DNA of 64,000 bases from Dialister hominis. Lineage in GTDB: Archaea > Thermoplasmatota > Thermoplasmata > Methanomassiliicoccales > Methanomethylophilaceae. Where the stretch lies: NCBI GenBank assembly GCA_963640995.1, contig CAVICI010000003.1, positions 6,754-70,753 on the forward strand, given 5' to 3'. Position numbers and translations under genes: made by a program. The notes under the pieces are model-generated. The model made no database searches. It was not told where the DNA came from and worked only from the letters and a program-made list of their open reading frames with translations. Positions 47,494 through 56,752 of this stretch are shown piece by piece. Within the stretch, counting starts at the first letter, position 1. Each line of letters starts with the position of its first letter.

Positions 47494-47685
47494 ATGGGAA
47501 GAATAAGACCCACCTACATCAAGAGAGTGTCCATCGACCTCGTCAACAAGTACCCTCAGGCCTTCAGCAAGGACTTCGAGGCTAACAAGGAAATGGTCAG
47601 CACGCTCACTGATGTCTCATCGGTGACTATGAGGAACAGGATCGCAGGGTACATCACCCGCTACCTGTCTCACCCTGAGGCATAA
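47494..47685 (+). CDS. rps17e: 30S ribosomal protein S17e
   Basis: MGRIRPTYIKR and RNRIAGYITR motifs. Confidence 0.96.
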   Translation: MGRIRPTYIKRVSIDLVNKYPQAFSKDFEANKEMVSTLTDVSSVTMRNRIAGYITRYLSHPEA

Positions 47686-47717
47686 ACGCCTTAAACCCAA
47701 TAATTTCCGCAGCTTTT

Positions 47718-47794
47718 GCCCGCGTGGGGTAGCTTGGATATCCTGTGAGATTGCGGATCTCTTGACCCGGGTTCGAATCCCGGCGCGGGCACCA
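47718..47794 (+). tRNA. tRNA-Arg(GCG)
   Basis: GCCCGCG/CGCGGGC acceptor stem, loop TTGCGGA, GGTTCGAATCC, encoded CCA. Confidence 0.93.
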
Positions 47795-47912
47795 TACCTT
47801 ATGGTCGTTGGTGTCTATCTTCCGTCATCGGACGGTGATGTCATTGTCGGACGCCATGTCCGCCGTCTGATTTTATAGAGAAGGAAATCGGGGCCGGAGC
47901 CCCTGAGAAGTT

Positions 47913-48425
47913 TCAGCAGTTCTTCTTGGCGATATCTGCGATCCCGCCGACGACCATGAGAAGTGCCCCGACGATGCCGATGTAGACTCCGTAGGATGCG
48001 CTGATGACGGTCTTGAATATGTCATAGAATCCGGACGTGTTCGACAGGTCTCTGATGCAGAGTACCATGAGGACTATCGAGACGACTGCGAGGATCAGAG
48101 CGATGATGCCGAGGCCTTTGCTGGCCGCCTCGCTCTTCACGAACATGGGGATGACAGTGGCGATGATGCCGATGATCCCGCTGATCAGCACGACGATGGG
48201 CGCGTAGCTGTAGTTGCTGATGTTCAGATCGCTGATCTTGATATCATGGATGAAGATGCCATCGTAGACAGTGGCATCCGAATAGAGGCCCCATCCGCTG
48301 AAGGTGAACTTCTGCGTTTCTGAGACGAGAGTGAACTCCATAGACCCCCACTCCAAGAACACGCACACGACCATCAGGATGGCTCCGATGATTCCGAATG
48401 CTCCGATTATCTTTGCGATTGACAT
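47913..48425 (-). CDS. 4-TM membrane protein, paralog 1
   Basis: Hydrophobic helices; similar to 48657-49193 (FSGW, YAPIV, KGLGI, ASYG.YIGIVGALLM). Confidence 0.7.
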   Translation of the reverse strand: MSIAKIIGAFGIIGAILMVVCVFLEWGSMEFTLVSETQKFTFSGWGLYSDATVYDGIFIHDIKISDLNISNYSYAPIVVLISGIIGIIATVIPMFVKSEAASKGLGIIALILAVVSIVLMVLCIRDLSNTSGFYDIFKTVISASYGVYIGIVGALLMVVGGIADIAKKNC

Positions 48426-48656
48426 AGGATGCATCTCCTGCATTTCTGCAGGTGATGGAATCTGCAGGCCAGATATTTATTTGATGCTCGGCAACCACGG
48501 GTACGCTCTAGCAATAATGTACAATCGTGTTGCCCTCCAGTCTCCTTTAGGCTTCAGGTCGTCTGCGTTTGGAAAGATAATGCCGAGCATACGCATAGTC
48601 TCGATATCGGGCATCAAAGCTATCGATAAGATAATGGGGGCCGAAGCCCCCAGGTT

Positions 48657-49193
48657 TCAATATTCTGTGGTTTCCGTACTTTCGTCGGCGATGCCTGCAT
48701 CATCTGTCTTGCTAGTGATGCCGAGAATGCCGTATATGATCATGAGCAGTGCACCGACGATGCCGATGTAAGCTCCGTAGGATGCGCTTGATGTGAGGAC
48801 TATGCCTTCTTCGGAGTAGCTGTCGGACACGTTTACGGTATAGAGGACAATGACGACGATTGAGATGACGGCAAGGATCAGAGAAAGGATGCCGAGGCCC
48901 TTGTTGACCGTTTTGTTGTCCTTGAACATGGAAAATGCAGCCGCTATCACTCCGACGATCCCACAGACGAGCGCCACAATCGGCGCGTATTTGTAGGCGA
49001 CATCGTCGAGCGGTACCTTCTCGCCGTAGAAATTCATTTCTCCGCCGGTTCCGAGGGTCCATCCAGAGAAATCGCCTTTTATCGGCAGTATGAACGCAGT
49101 CCCCTCTATGTGTCCCCACGCAAGGAAGACACTGAGAATCATCACGATTGCTCCGATGATTCCGAATAAGCCAAAGATCTTGTTGAATGACAT
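48657..49193 (-). CDS. 4-TM membrane protein, paralog 2
   Basis: Tandem paralog of 47913-48425; GAGG RBS upstream. Confidence 0.7.
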   Translation of the reverse strand: MSFNKIFGLFGIIGAIVMILSVFLAWGHIEGTAFILPIKGDFSGWTLGTGGEMNFYGEKVPLDDVAYKYAPIVALVCGIVGVIAAAFSMFKDNKTVNKGLGILSLILAVISIVVIVLYTVNVSDSYSEEGIVLTSSASYGAYIGIVGALLMIIYGILGITSKTDDAGIADESTETTEY

Positions 49194-49285
49194 TGTAATG
49201 CCTCGCATTTCTGCAATCGAAGAACCTACGTGTGATATATTTATAGCTAAGTCTAGTAGAAACACGAAAGAGTTTAATTCTGACA

Positions 49286-51223
49286 TCAACCTTCCGTACA
49301 TTCTTCGGGCTTCGGCCAGACTTCCCTGGAGATCTCGAAGTCTCCCGGCGGAAGTATCCTTGAGATCTCCTCTTCGGGCACGTCGAAGCGCTTGGCCATC
49401 TCGTTGGACATGCGCCCGGTCTTCTTCCCGGGCCTTATGACGAGATACCTCTCCGAGCTGCCGAAGCACTCGACAGGGCCGCACATGACCTTCCTCGATC
49501 CCTGATAGCAGATCTCTCCGACGGCCAGCTCTATGGGCAGGTGATGCTCGTAGTTCCTCTTCCCACGGATGATGAACGCCCCCCTCGGAACGAACTCTCC
49601 GGGGTTGGGGGTCTTGCTGACCTGGTCGGGATACACCCAGAACGCCGTCCCCTCGGACAGGGCGGCGATCCACGACTTGGACTGGGCCAGGGCGAACTGG
49701 CAGCTCTCGCGCAGCTCCTGCTCCGAGGCCTTGGCGCCCTCTTTGACGATCACCGACGGCGCCCCGTGGACATCTGCGTGCGCGTAGAGGTCACCGTCCT
49801 TCAGGTGCTTCTTCACCACGTTGTCGTTGGTGTGCGCATCCCTCCCTGCGATGACCAGCCTGCCTCCGGTGGTTATGAACCACTTGTAGCGCTCGAACCA
49901 GAACTGCTTGGTGGGCTGGGCCTTGCCGGCAGCCTCCATCTTGGCCTTGTCTATGCCCTTCTGCACTTTCGCGAGCTCGGCGCGGCTCTCTGCCAGGGCC
50001 TCCTCTGCGCGCTTGGCCTTCTCCCCCACGTCCTTCCCTTTCTGGTAGAGGTCCGATGCGTTGGAGTCCAGGCTCTTGGTGTAGTCCAGCGTGATGCTGC
50101 GACCCCCGAAGGTCCCCGTGACAAGGTTCCTCGAAGGGTCGATAGACGTGACGTAGGGGATCTTGGACGCGCCCTCCTTCAGCTTCTCCCAGGTTATCTT
50201 CGAGGACTGGTCCAGCAGGACCGCCAGGAGCTCGCTGACCTTGGCATAGTCGGTGTAAAGGGCTTCCGCTTTCAGGCGCAGGTCCTCGCACTGCTCCCTG
50301 TACTCCTCCAGGGTCTCCTCCTGCTTGCCGATCCTCTTCTGGAGCTTCTCCACCCTGGGATCGACGAACGCCTCCTCTTCGGCATCCCCGATCTGCCGCA
50401 GGTAGGCGTCGACAGCGTCGGATATCGTGGCGAACGCCTTCTTCTCCAGGCCGGAGTGGGACACCAGGTCCACGGGGGCGAAGTCCTCGATCATGCCGTC
50501 TTTGAGGAAAGCGGTGGGCTCGGGGACGCTCAGCACCTTGGCGACGATCTCCTTCATGGACGCGTACATGCGGACGAGGGTCTCATCATCCACTTGAGAC
50601 GACGGCGTGGACTTGTCTATGCCGACCCTGTCGCAGATCTCCTCGGCGTACTGGCCTCCGAGGTTGACGGACGTCGCCAGGGTCCTGACGGCATCGGAAT
50701 CGGACGATCTGAAAGAGGCGATGAAATCCTCCTGGGATGACTCGGTGGGGTCGAACCTGCTCTTCGGCATGAGGTACGGCTCTCCGGGGCGGGTCTTCCT
50801 GTCCCTCCATGTCTTCTGAATCAGGCAGTTCAGGATGGTGCCGTCTTTCACAAGGAGCACGTTCCCGCCGCCGAACATCTCGAAGATCAGCTGGTAGTCG
50901 CCGTCGGACTTGGAGAGGCTCATCTCCACTATGCGGTCGAACCCGATCTGCCTGACGCCGTTGACGCGGGCGTTGTCCAGGTACTTCCTGAGGAACGACG
51001 CGAAGGACGTGGGCAGCGTCGGAGTCTCCGGCTTCGCCGAGGGGCAGTAGAGCCATTTCTTGTCCTTGAAGAAGAGCTCCTTCTTCCCCGAGCCCTGGAC
51101 GTTGATCCTGAACAGGACATTCCCTGCGCCCCAATGGTAGATCTTGTCCATGTGGGCGCCTTCGAGACCGGAGAGCTCGGTGACGACCGAACGAACATCG
51201 AAGGAACTCATCTCTTTCTTCAT
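49286..51223 (-). CDS. rqcH: NFACT/Rqc2 (RqcH)-family ribosome quality-control protein
   Basis: MSSFDV, FDRIV, WFERYKWF, GRDAHTN, HADVHGAP and RGAFIIRGKRN motifs. Confidence 0.88.
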   Translation of the reverse strand: MKKEMSSFDVRSVVTELSGLEGAHMDKIYHWGAGNVLFRINVQGSGKKELFFKDKKWLYCPSAKPETPTLPTSFASFLRKYLDNARVNGVRQIGFDRIVEMSLSKSDGDYQLIFEMFGGGNVLLVKDGTILNCLIQKTWRDRKTRPGEPYLMPKSRFDPTESSQEDFIASFRSSDSDAVRTLATSVNLGGQYAEEICDRVGIDKSTPSSQVDDETLVRMYASMKEIVAKVLSVPEPTAFLKDGMIEDFAPVDLVSHSGLEKKAFATISDAVDAYLRQIGDAEEEAFVDPRVEKLQKRIGKQEETLEEYREQCEDLRLKAEALYTDYAKVSELLAVLLDQSSKITWEKLKEGASKIPYVTSIDPSRNLVTGTFGGRSITLDYTKSLDSNASDLYQKGKDVGEKAKRAEEALAESRAELAKVQKGIDKAKMEAAGKAQPTKQFWFERYKWFITTGGRLVIAGRDAHTNDNVVKKHLKDGDLYAHADVHGAPSVIVKEGAKASEQELRESCQFALAQSKSWIAALSEGTAFWVYPDQVSKTPNPGEFVPRGAFIIRGKRNYEHHLPIELAVGEICYQGSRKVMCGPVECFGSSERYLVIRPGKKTGRMSNEMAKRFDVPEEEISRILPPGDFEISREVWPKPEECTEG

Positions 51224-51410
51224 GGGAACCCGATTGTCCGACGATTCAGATAAAGGTTGTTCGGCATCTACATTTTGCTGGGCGCTCACGTATCGGATAC
51301 TATGATGCCCTTTTTGAGATGTAGGATGGAAAATCTCCTGAAGAAGAACTATTCATCCGTTGGAAGCCAGTATCTAATGTATATATATGAGTAGAAACAC
51401 TTTCAGGGTG

Positions 51411-51548
51411 ATGTTCAAGAAGTCCGAAAAGAAACCCAATCCAAGGGATGTTCCACCGTTCGGTGGTCTCGAATTCATTACCGATGAAGAGATAATGAAG
51501 AACATCAACGACTATCCATATGTGATGGGAAAGCTCAAAGATTGCTGA
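51411..51548 (+). CDS. 45-aa small protein, putative antitoxin partner of Doc
   Basis: MFKKSEKKPNPRDVPPFGGLEFITDEEIMKNINDYPYVMGKLKDC; upstream TATATAT and GGTG; below the ORF-track cutoff. Confidence 0.5.
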   Translation: MFKKSEKKPNPRDVPPFGGLEFITDEEIMKNINDYPYVMGKLKDC

Positions 51549-51981
51549 TGTGTGTGTTTGATCTCAGCCACATCTCGATTTCTTCTCCGCTGATTTTTCC
51601 CCAAGCTACGTTCTTTATGAACATGAATGTTTCATAATCGTCATTTGGTTCATACCCCCCAGTTCTTAGAATGGCAACTGCTAATTGAAATGCAGTTCTT
51701 TTGTTTCCCTCGACGAACGGATGGAAGTTGGCGATATAGTCGATTGCCATTGCGGCTTTTGAGAAGCAATCTGGGCAAGTTTCAACCCACTCGCAGAAGC
51801 CCTCAATCGCAGCTGGGCTTATGAGTGCATCTTCCAGACCTTCTTCCCGTTCTTCGTTAGAGTTCAAAATCACCATGCGATGTATAGCCAAGACGTGCTG
51901 GATGCACGAATTGTAAGCAGCCTCGCGGTTATATGACGCAATTAATTTCTGTTCTTTTTTTGCTTTCAGTTTCTCAAACAT
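51535..51981 (-). CDS. Fic/Doc-family (death-on-curing-like) toxin
   Basis: HPFVEGNKRTA Doc-type motif; AT-rich. Confidence 0.85.
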   Translation of the reverse strand: MFEKLKAKKEQKLIASYNREAAYNSCIQHVLAIHRMVILNSNEEREEGLEDALISPAAIEGFCEWVETCPDCFSKAAMAIDYIANFHPFVEGNKRTAFQLAVAILRTGGYEPNDDYETFMFIKNVAWGKISGEEIEMWLRSNTHISNL

Positions 51982-52079
51982 TAATGACCCTGGTTCACCT
52001 GGTTGCTATATAATGGTTTCGAAATGTTTTCTTTTGATGCCACCCTTGTTCTCTCAAACGGAGGCGAGAGCGTATCTGG

Positions 52080-52365
52080 TAGTATTGCACCTCGCAGAAC
52101 ACGTTGATCGTCTCGTCCGGGGACATCAGCGGCCAGAACTTGAAGTAGGCGAGGCTCTCCAGGAACGTGTCCGCATCCGTGCCCCTGCCGAACAGCTCCG
52201 AGTATTCCGGCTTGGTGTCGAAGTTGATGGATATGACGTTCTGGTAGCTCTTGCGTGCGAACTCCAGAACGGAATATGTCTTCCCGATTCGGTGGCATCC
52301 TTTGACGAGGGGCGCCGTCTTCGGGCCGTTCTCCTTTCAGCGGAAGAATTGTTCCCGGCCTTCTT
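52080..52365 (-). pseudogene. Decayed N-terminal remnant of an AAA_14/DUF4143 ATPase (subfamily A)
   Basis: Minus frame reads R*KENGPKTAPLVKGCHRIGKTYSVLEFARKSYQNVISINF...VFCEVQ; TGA at 52337-52339 replaces the conserved Trp. Confidence 0.7.
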
Positions 52366-52397
52366 ATCCCTGGAGATGGATATATGTGTACACATCG

Positions 52398-52454
52398 TTT
52401 GCAAACATTGACATTGTTTGCATGTTTTATTTGCAAACATTGACATTGTTTGCA
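52398..52454. repeat. Two copies of TTTGCAAACATTGACATTGTTTGCA (32-bp period, internally palindromic)
   Basis: Copies at 52398 and 52430, upstream of the ATPase remnant. Confidence 0.9.
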
Positions 52455-52503
52455 AAAAACAACGGGGAAACAGTCGTTTTCAAGCAGCTTCATCGTTTCC
52501 GCA

Positions 52504-53193
52504 TCATATCTCGATGCCGCAGATGCTTATGTCTCTGGATTCCAAGGCAGGGATTATCTCATCGACGAAGCTTTCGGAGCAGCTCTCGTCGAACCCGAAT
52601 ACCCTGAGCTCCTCTGAGCACATGAGCTTCATGCATTCCGTTTCGGACAGCGGCAGCTGCCCTTCGGCGATGGTCTTGAGCACGCTCCCCATGGACCCGG
52701 AGAACGCTATGAGCTTCAGCTCGAATCCTGGCTTCTCGGTGAGGCCCTCCCAGAGATGGGGCCTGTCTTTCAGGCATGCCTTGTAGAATCCCAGCGCGGT
52801 CTGGAAGATCTCCCATCTGGTATGGGCGACGGACAGCAGCTCGGCGATGCGGGGAGACCGGAAAGAAGCGTATATCTGGATGCATGCCGGGAAGCACATG
52901 ACCTTCTCTGGAGGAGCATCCGGGCCCAGGACATCGTCCATCAGGGCGCTGGCCTCTTTGAACGCCATCTGAGTGATGTCGATGAAGATCTCGTCCTTGC
53001 TCTTGTATATGTTGTACAGGCTGCCGTTGAGGATCCCGGACTTGAGGATGATCTGCCTGATGGTGGTCTTGTCGTAGCCCTGCTCTATGAACAGCTTGAG
53101 GGACTCTTCCAAGATGCGATGCTTGGTCTCGTCCGTCTTCTCGCTCCTGGTCTTGGCGCGTGCGTTGATGCGCTCTCTGGCGATGCGGTCCAT
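52504..53193 (-). CDS. TetR/AcrR-family transcriptional regulator
   Basis: ILEESLKLFIEQGYDKTTIRQI...GSLYNIYKSKDEI HTH; AAGGAG RBS. Confidence 0.9.
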   Translation of the reverse strand: MDRIARERINARAKTRSEKTDETKHRILEESLKLFIEQGYDKTTIRQIILKSGILNGSLYNIYKSKDEIFIDITQMAFKEASALMDDVLGPDAPPEKVMCFPACIQIYASFRSPRIAELLSVAHTRWEIFQTALGFYKACLKDRPHLWEGLTEKPGFELKLIAFSGSMGSVLKTIAEGQLPLSETECMKLMCSEELRVFGFDESCSESFVDEIIPALESRDISICGIEI

Positions 53194-53288
53194 GCTCCTT
53201 CCACCCTCTGGAATCTCCGATTCCTCATCTGATTGTCCCGTATATATCGCCACCGCGGGCTTCCGAGCCCTATGCTTCGATAGAAAAC

Positions 53289-53339
53289 TTGAGCATGTTC
53301 AAAATATTTAAATATCCCGTTAAATTTGAGCATGTTCAA
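53289..53339 (+). promoter_or_regulatory. Two TTGAGCATGTTCAA quasi-palindromes flanking a TATA box (putative TetR operators)
   Basis: Copies at 53289 and 53326; TTTAAATA at 53307. Confidence 0.75.
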
Positions 53340-53354
53340 AGGTGAATGAAAACC

Positions 53355-55970
53355 ATGTTTGAGAAATATGCTCAGCATGTCCAGAAGCACCCCAAGGCGA
53401 TCATCGCCGTATGGGTCGTCGCCCTTCTGATCGCGCTGCCGTTCGCGGCGAAAGCAGGGGACGTCCTCAACTACGACATGACCTCCATGGAGGGGCTAAA
53501 CTCGGAATCTAACAACGGGCAGGATCTCGTTGACAAGTACTTCGATGCCAGCCTGAACACGGACACTATCCTTGCGATACCCTATGTGAATATCGCAACG
53601 GACGATGAAAAATACGATCAACTGCACGATATTGAGACATATTTTGTGCCAGATTTGGAATCTGCGCTTAAGAATCGTTACGGGAATGGAATCACATGCG
53701 ATGTCATGGGTGCTTTCACTGGAGATAACTCCGATGAGGGCGTGTATCTGATTTCCTTTGTTGTGGGTGATGGCTACACAGCTATGGACGAGATTGGACA
53801 CATCAGAGATGTTGTGTCTTCTGCAGTAACTGAATATAAGGGAGCTACAGAGCAGACGGCAAAATATGGCATAACCACATACGTTACAGGCACTACGCCC
53901 ATCGCATACGACACCCTCGAGGGCGCTGATTCCGACATGACGAAGATCGATCCCCTGTCGATCCTCCTGATCCTCGTGATCCTCGGGCTGTTCTTCTACA
54001 CCCTGGTCACAGCGCTGGTCCCGCCCATAGTCGTCGGAACCGCTTACGGGATCATCCTCGCCCTGACCTTCGGTCTGGGGCAGTTCCTCGATATATTCTA
54101 TATCACCAAGACCATCGTGCTGGTCTCGATGCTCGGTGCCGGATGCGACTACTCTGTCTTCATCATCGCGCGTTACAGAGAGGAGCGCATCTACAACAAC
54201 AAGGACAAGGAAGGCGCTCTCACCGAGGCCATCAAGTGGGCCGGGGAGTCCGTCTTCACTTCAGGTCTTGCTGTCATCATCGGATTCGCGGTCATGTCCT
54301 TCTGCTCGTTCAGCCTGGTGTCCACCATGGCCATCGTGCTGGCGCTCGGAATTGTCATGGCGATGCTCGCAGCCCTTACGCTCATACCTGCCGTCATAGC
54401 CATCGTCGGAGACAAGATCTTCTGGCCCAGGAAGATCGAGGACTACTCCGGGCAGAGCAAGATGCGCTCCGGGTTCTACGGACGCTGCGTTTCGGCCTCT
54501 CGCAGGTACTTCTCGTTCGCGGGAAAGTTCTCCACCAAGCATGCCGTGCCCATAGTCATCGTCGCTGTCCTGCTGACAGTCCCTCTGGGATATGTTGCTG
54601 TCACCTCCGAGGACTCGTTCGATATGATCAGTGTCATGCCCGATTCAGAAGCGAAGAGCGGAGTCGATGCCATTACCAGCAACACTGACGGAGGGTATCT
54701 CATGCCCACTTATGTGCTGATAGAATCCAAAGATGCTTTGGCTCATACAAATCAAGTACCCGTTCCCGGAACAGAGGTAACGCTCAACGTCCTTGAGTGG
54801 GATGATATGACCGCCATAAATTCCATCCTTGGAAGCTTGGTTGGAACAAAGATTCTCGGAGGTTCCGAAGGCCTTCTTCAGCAGGCAGACGATAACATCA
54901 GTCTCGCGTTCGGACCTACGCCTTGGGCCACTCTCTACGAAGGGGCTAAGGCTATAGTCATACAGAAGGCTATTGCGGCCGGTATGAGTCCTGAGGCTGC
55001 CGCGGCTTATGCTACTCCAGAGGTTGTCAACAAGGCGATAGTGACTAATGAGAAGCTTCCCGACATGATAACTTCGCCTCTGGCGCAGTTCTTCGAATCG
55101 AACAACGCTTGGAACAAGGCTCCTTCCGACCAGCTTATAACGGGGATTCCCGCAACAATCTCTGGCCTTATTGACTACAAGCTGAACATCGGTGCCGGAC
55201 TCATTTCCTTCAACGGGAGCGAGGGCGACGGAATGTATGCCAAGGTCATGGTGATCGTCAAGGACGAGCCCATGTCCGCAAAATCCATGGACTCTATCGG
55301 GACCGCCAGGGGCGTCATGTCCGACTTCGCCAAGGATAACGACTGGGTCAAGGGCACTTGGGTCCTTGGTACCGGAGCCATCCTGTACGATATCTCAGAG
55401 ACCGTCAACAGCGAGTTCCATCTGATCGAGCTCGCGGTCATCGTGCTGATCTACGTCCTGCTGCTCTTCGTGCTCGGAGTGTACTTCACCCCCATCAGGT
55501 CCCTCGCGACCATCATGATGAGCGTCGTCTGGACCCTCGGGATGCTGAACATCGTGTTCGGAACGCTCCTGGGCCTGGAGGTCATCTGGATCGTCCCGAT
55601 CGTGCTGTTCGTCATCTGCCTCGGGCTCGGAATGGACTACGATATCCTGCTGACCACCCGTATAAGGGAAGGGAAGCTCAAGGGGCTGTCCAACGACGAG
55701 GCCATCCAGAACGCCCTGTCCTGGTCCGGGTCCATCATCACCCTCTGCGGGCTGATCATGGGCGGAACATTCCTGACCCTCCTGATGTCCGGGTCCAGCA
55801 TGCTCCAGGAAATCGGGTTCGCCCTCGGGTTCGCCATCCTCGTGGATGCCCTGTTCGTCGTGCCTTACGTGGTCCCCGCTCTGATGCACCTCATGGGAGA
55901 CTGGAGCTGGAAGGGCCCCAAGTTCCTCGCCAAGCGCAGGGAAGCCGAGGCCACTGAGGCCGAGGAGTGA
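53355..55970 (+). CDS. MMPL/RND-family transporter
   Basis: Duplicated TM-loop-TM architecture; GAGCDYSVF and GLGMDYDIL motifs; alternative start 53346. Confidence 0.9.
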   Translation: MFEKYAQHVQKHPKAIIAVWVVALLIALPFAAKAGDVLNYDMTSMEGLNSESNNGQDLVDKYFDASLNTDTILAIPYVNIATDDEKYDQLHDIETYFVPDLESALKNRYGNGITCDVMGAFTGDNSDEGVYLISFVVGDGYTAMDEIGHIRDVVSSAVTEYKGATEQTAKYGITTYVTGTTPIAYDTLEGADSDMTKIDPLSILLILVILGLFFYTLVTALVPPIVVGTAYGIILALTFGLGQFLDIFYITKTIVLVSMLGAGCDYSVFIIARYREERIYNNKDKEGALTEAIKWAGESVFTSGLAVIIGFAVMSFCSFSLVSTMAIVLALGIVMAMLAALTLIPAVIAIVGDKIFWPRKIEDYSGQSKMRSGFYGRCVSASRRYFSFAGKFSTKHAVPIVIVAVLLTVPLGYVAVTSEDSFDMISVMPDSEAKSGVDAITSNTDGGYLMPTYVLIESKDALAHTNQVPVPGTEVTLNVLEWDDMTAINSILGSLVGTKILGGSEGLLQQADDNISLAFGPTPWATLYEGAKAIVIQKAIAAGMSPEAAAAYATPEVVNKAIVTNEKLPDMITSPLAQFFESNNAWNKAPSDQLITGIPATISGLIDYKLNIGAGLISFNGSEGDGMYAKVMVIVKDEPMSAKSMDSIGTARGVMSDFAKDNDWVKGTWVLGTGAILYDISETVNSEFHLIELAVIVLIYVLLLFVLGVYFTPIRSLATIMMSVVWTLGMLNIVFGTLLGLEVIWIVPIVLFVICLGLGMDYDILLTTRIREGKLKGLSNDEAIQNALSWSGSIITLCGLIMGGTFLTLLMSGSSMLQEIGFALGFAILVDALFVVPYVVPALMHLMGDWSWKGPKFLAKRREAEATEAEE

Positions 55971-56109
55971 TCCAAAACAAGGGGGCGTCAGCCCTCTTCC
56001 CTTTCAACGATCCCGGGTGCCGGAACCAGTCCGGGGCCCGGGTTCCCAGCAGAAAAACGTTCAACAGTAATCTTTATCAATGAGTTCAGGATACGCTGAC
56101 TTACACATT

Positions 56110-56184
56110 GCCGCCGTGGCTAAGGGGTATAGCGACGCCTTGGTAAGGCGTAGGTCGTGGGTTCGATTCCCATCGGCGGCTCCA
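56110..56184 (+). tRNA. tRNA-Thr(GGU)
   Basis: GCCGCCG/CGGCGGC acceptor stem, ACGCC-TTGGTAA-GGCGT anticodon arm, GGTTCGATTCC, encoded CCA. Confidence 0.95.
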
Positions 56185-56232
56185 TGCTTTCTTCAACCCG
56201 ATTCTGGATTCCGATGCTTTGTCGGTGCCTTC

Positions 56233-56720
56233 TCATGGTCCGAGGCACCCGATCGGCACAACGATGACTCCGTCATCGCGCTTGTAAGTGTATCTGGTCG
56301 ATGTGAGCACCATTTTGAACACCGGGGGCTTGCCATCGCCCTTGACGATCTTGTCTTCGAGGCGGTTGAGGTTCTTGGCCCCGTCGTCGGCGTACCCTCC
56401 TCCGAGCTTCATCTCCACAGCGCCCCATCTGCCGTCTCTCGTTTCCACTATCGCATCGACCTCCAGATCGTTGCTGTCATGGTAATGTCCGACCGTGCCT
56501 CCGAAGGGCTCCGCATAGGCTCTGAGGTCCCTGTCGCAGAGCGATTCGAAGACAGCTCCGAATGCCTGAAGGTTTTCCATCAGCCCGTCTGCGTCAAGGC
56601 CGAGGAGCGATGCTATCAGCGACGGGTCTGCCAGCTGCCTCTTCGCGGATTCTCTGACAGGTGTCTTGGAGCGTGCCGGGCTCCCGCAAGGGGGCACATC
56701 TTCGCAGACGTAGAAAATGT
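56233..56720 (-). pseudogene. C-terminal remnant (DUF4143 plus nuclease-like tail) of a subfamily B ATPase
   Basis: RSKTPVRESAKRQLADP, FESLCDRDL, EVDA...WGAVEMKLG; ATPase domain absent. Confidence 0.8.
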
Positions 56721-56752
56721 AGAAAACGCCCCCGAAGGGGCAGGGTTTCAGA

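Noticed and set aside
48476..48615. ~45-codon minus-strand ORF between the membrane paralogs
   Set aside because: No RBS, motif or homology evident, and it overlaps the promoter region.
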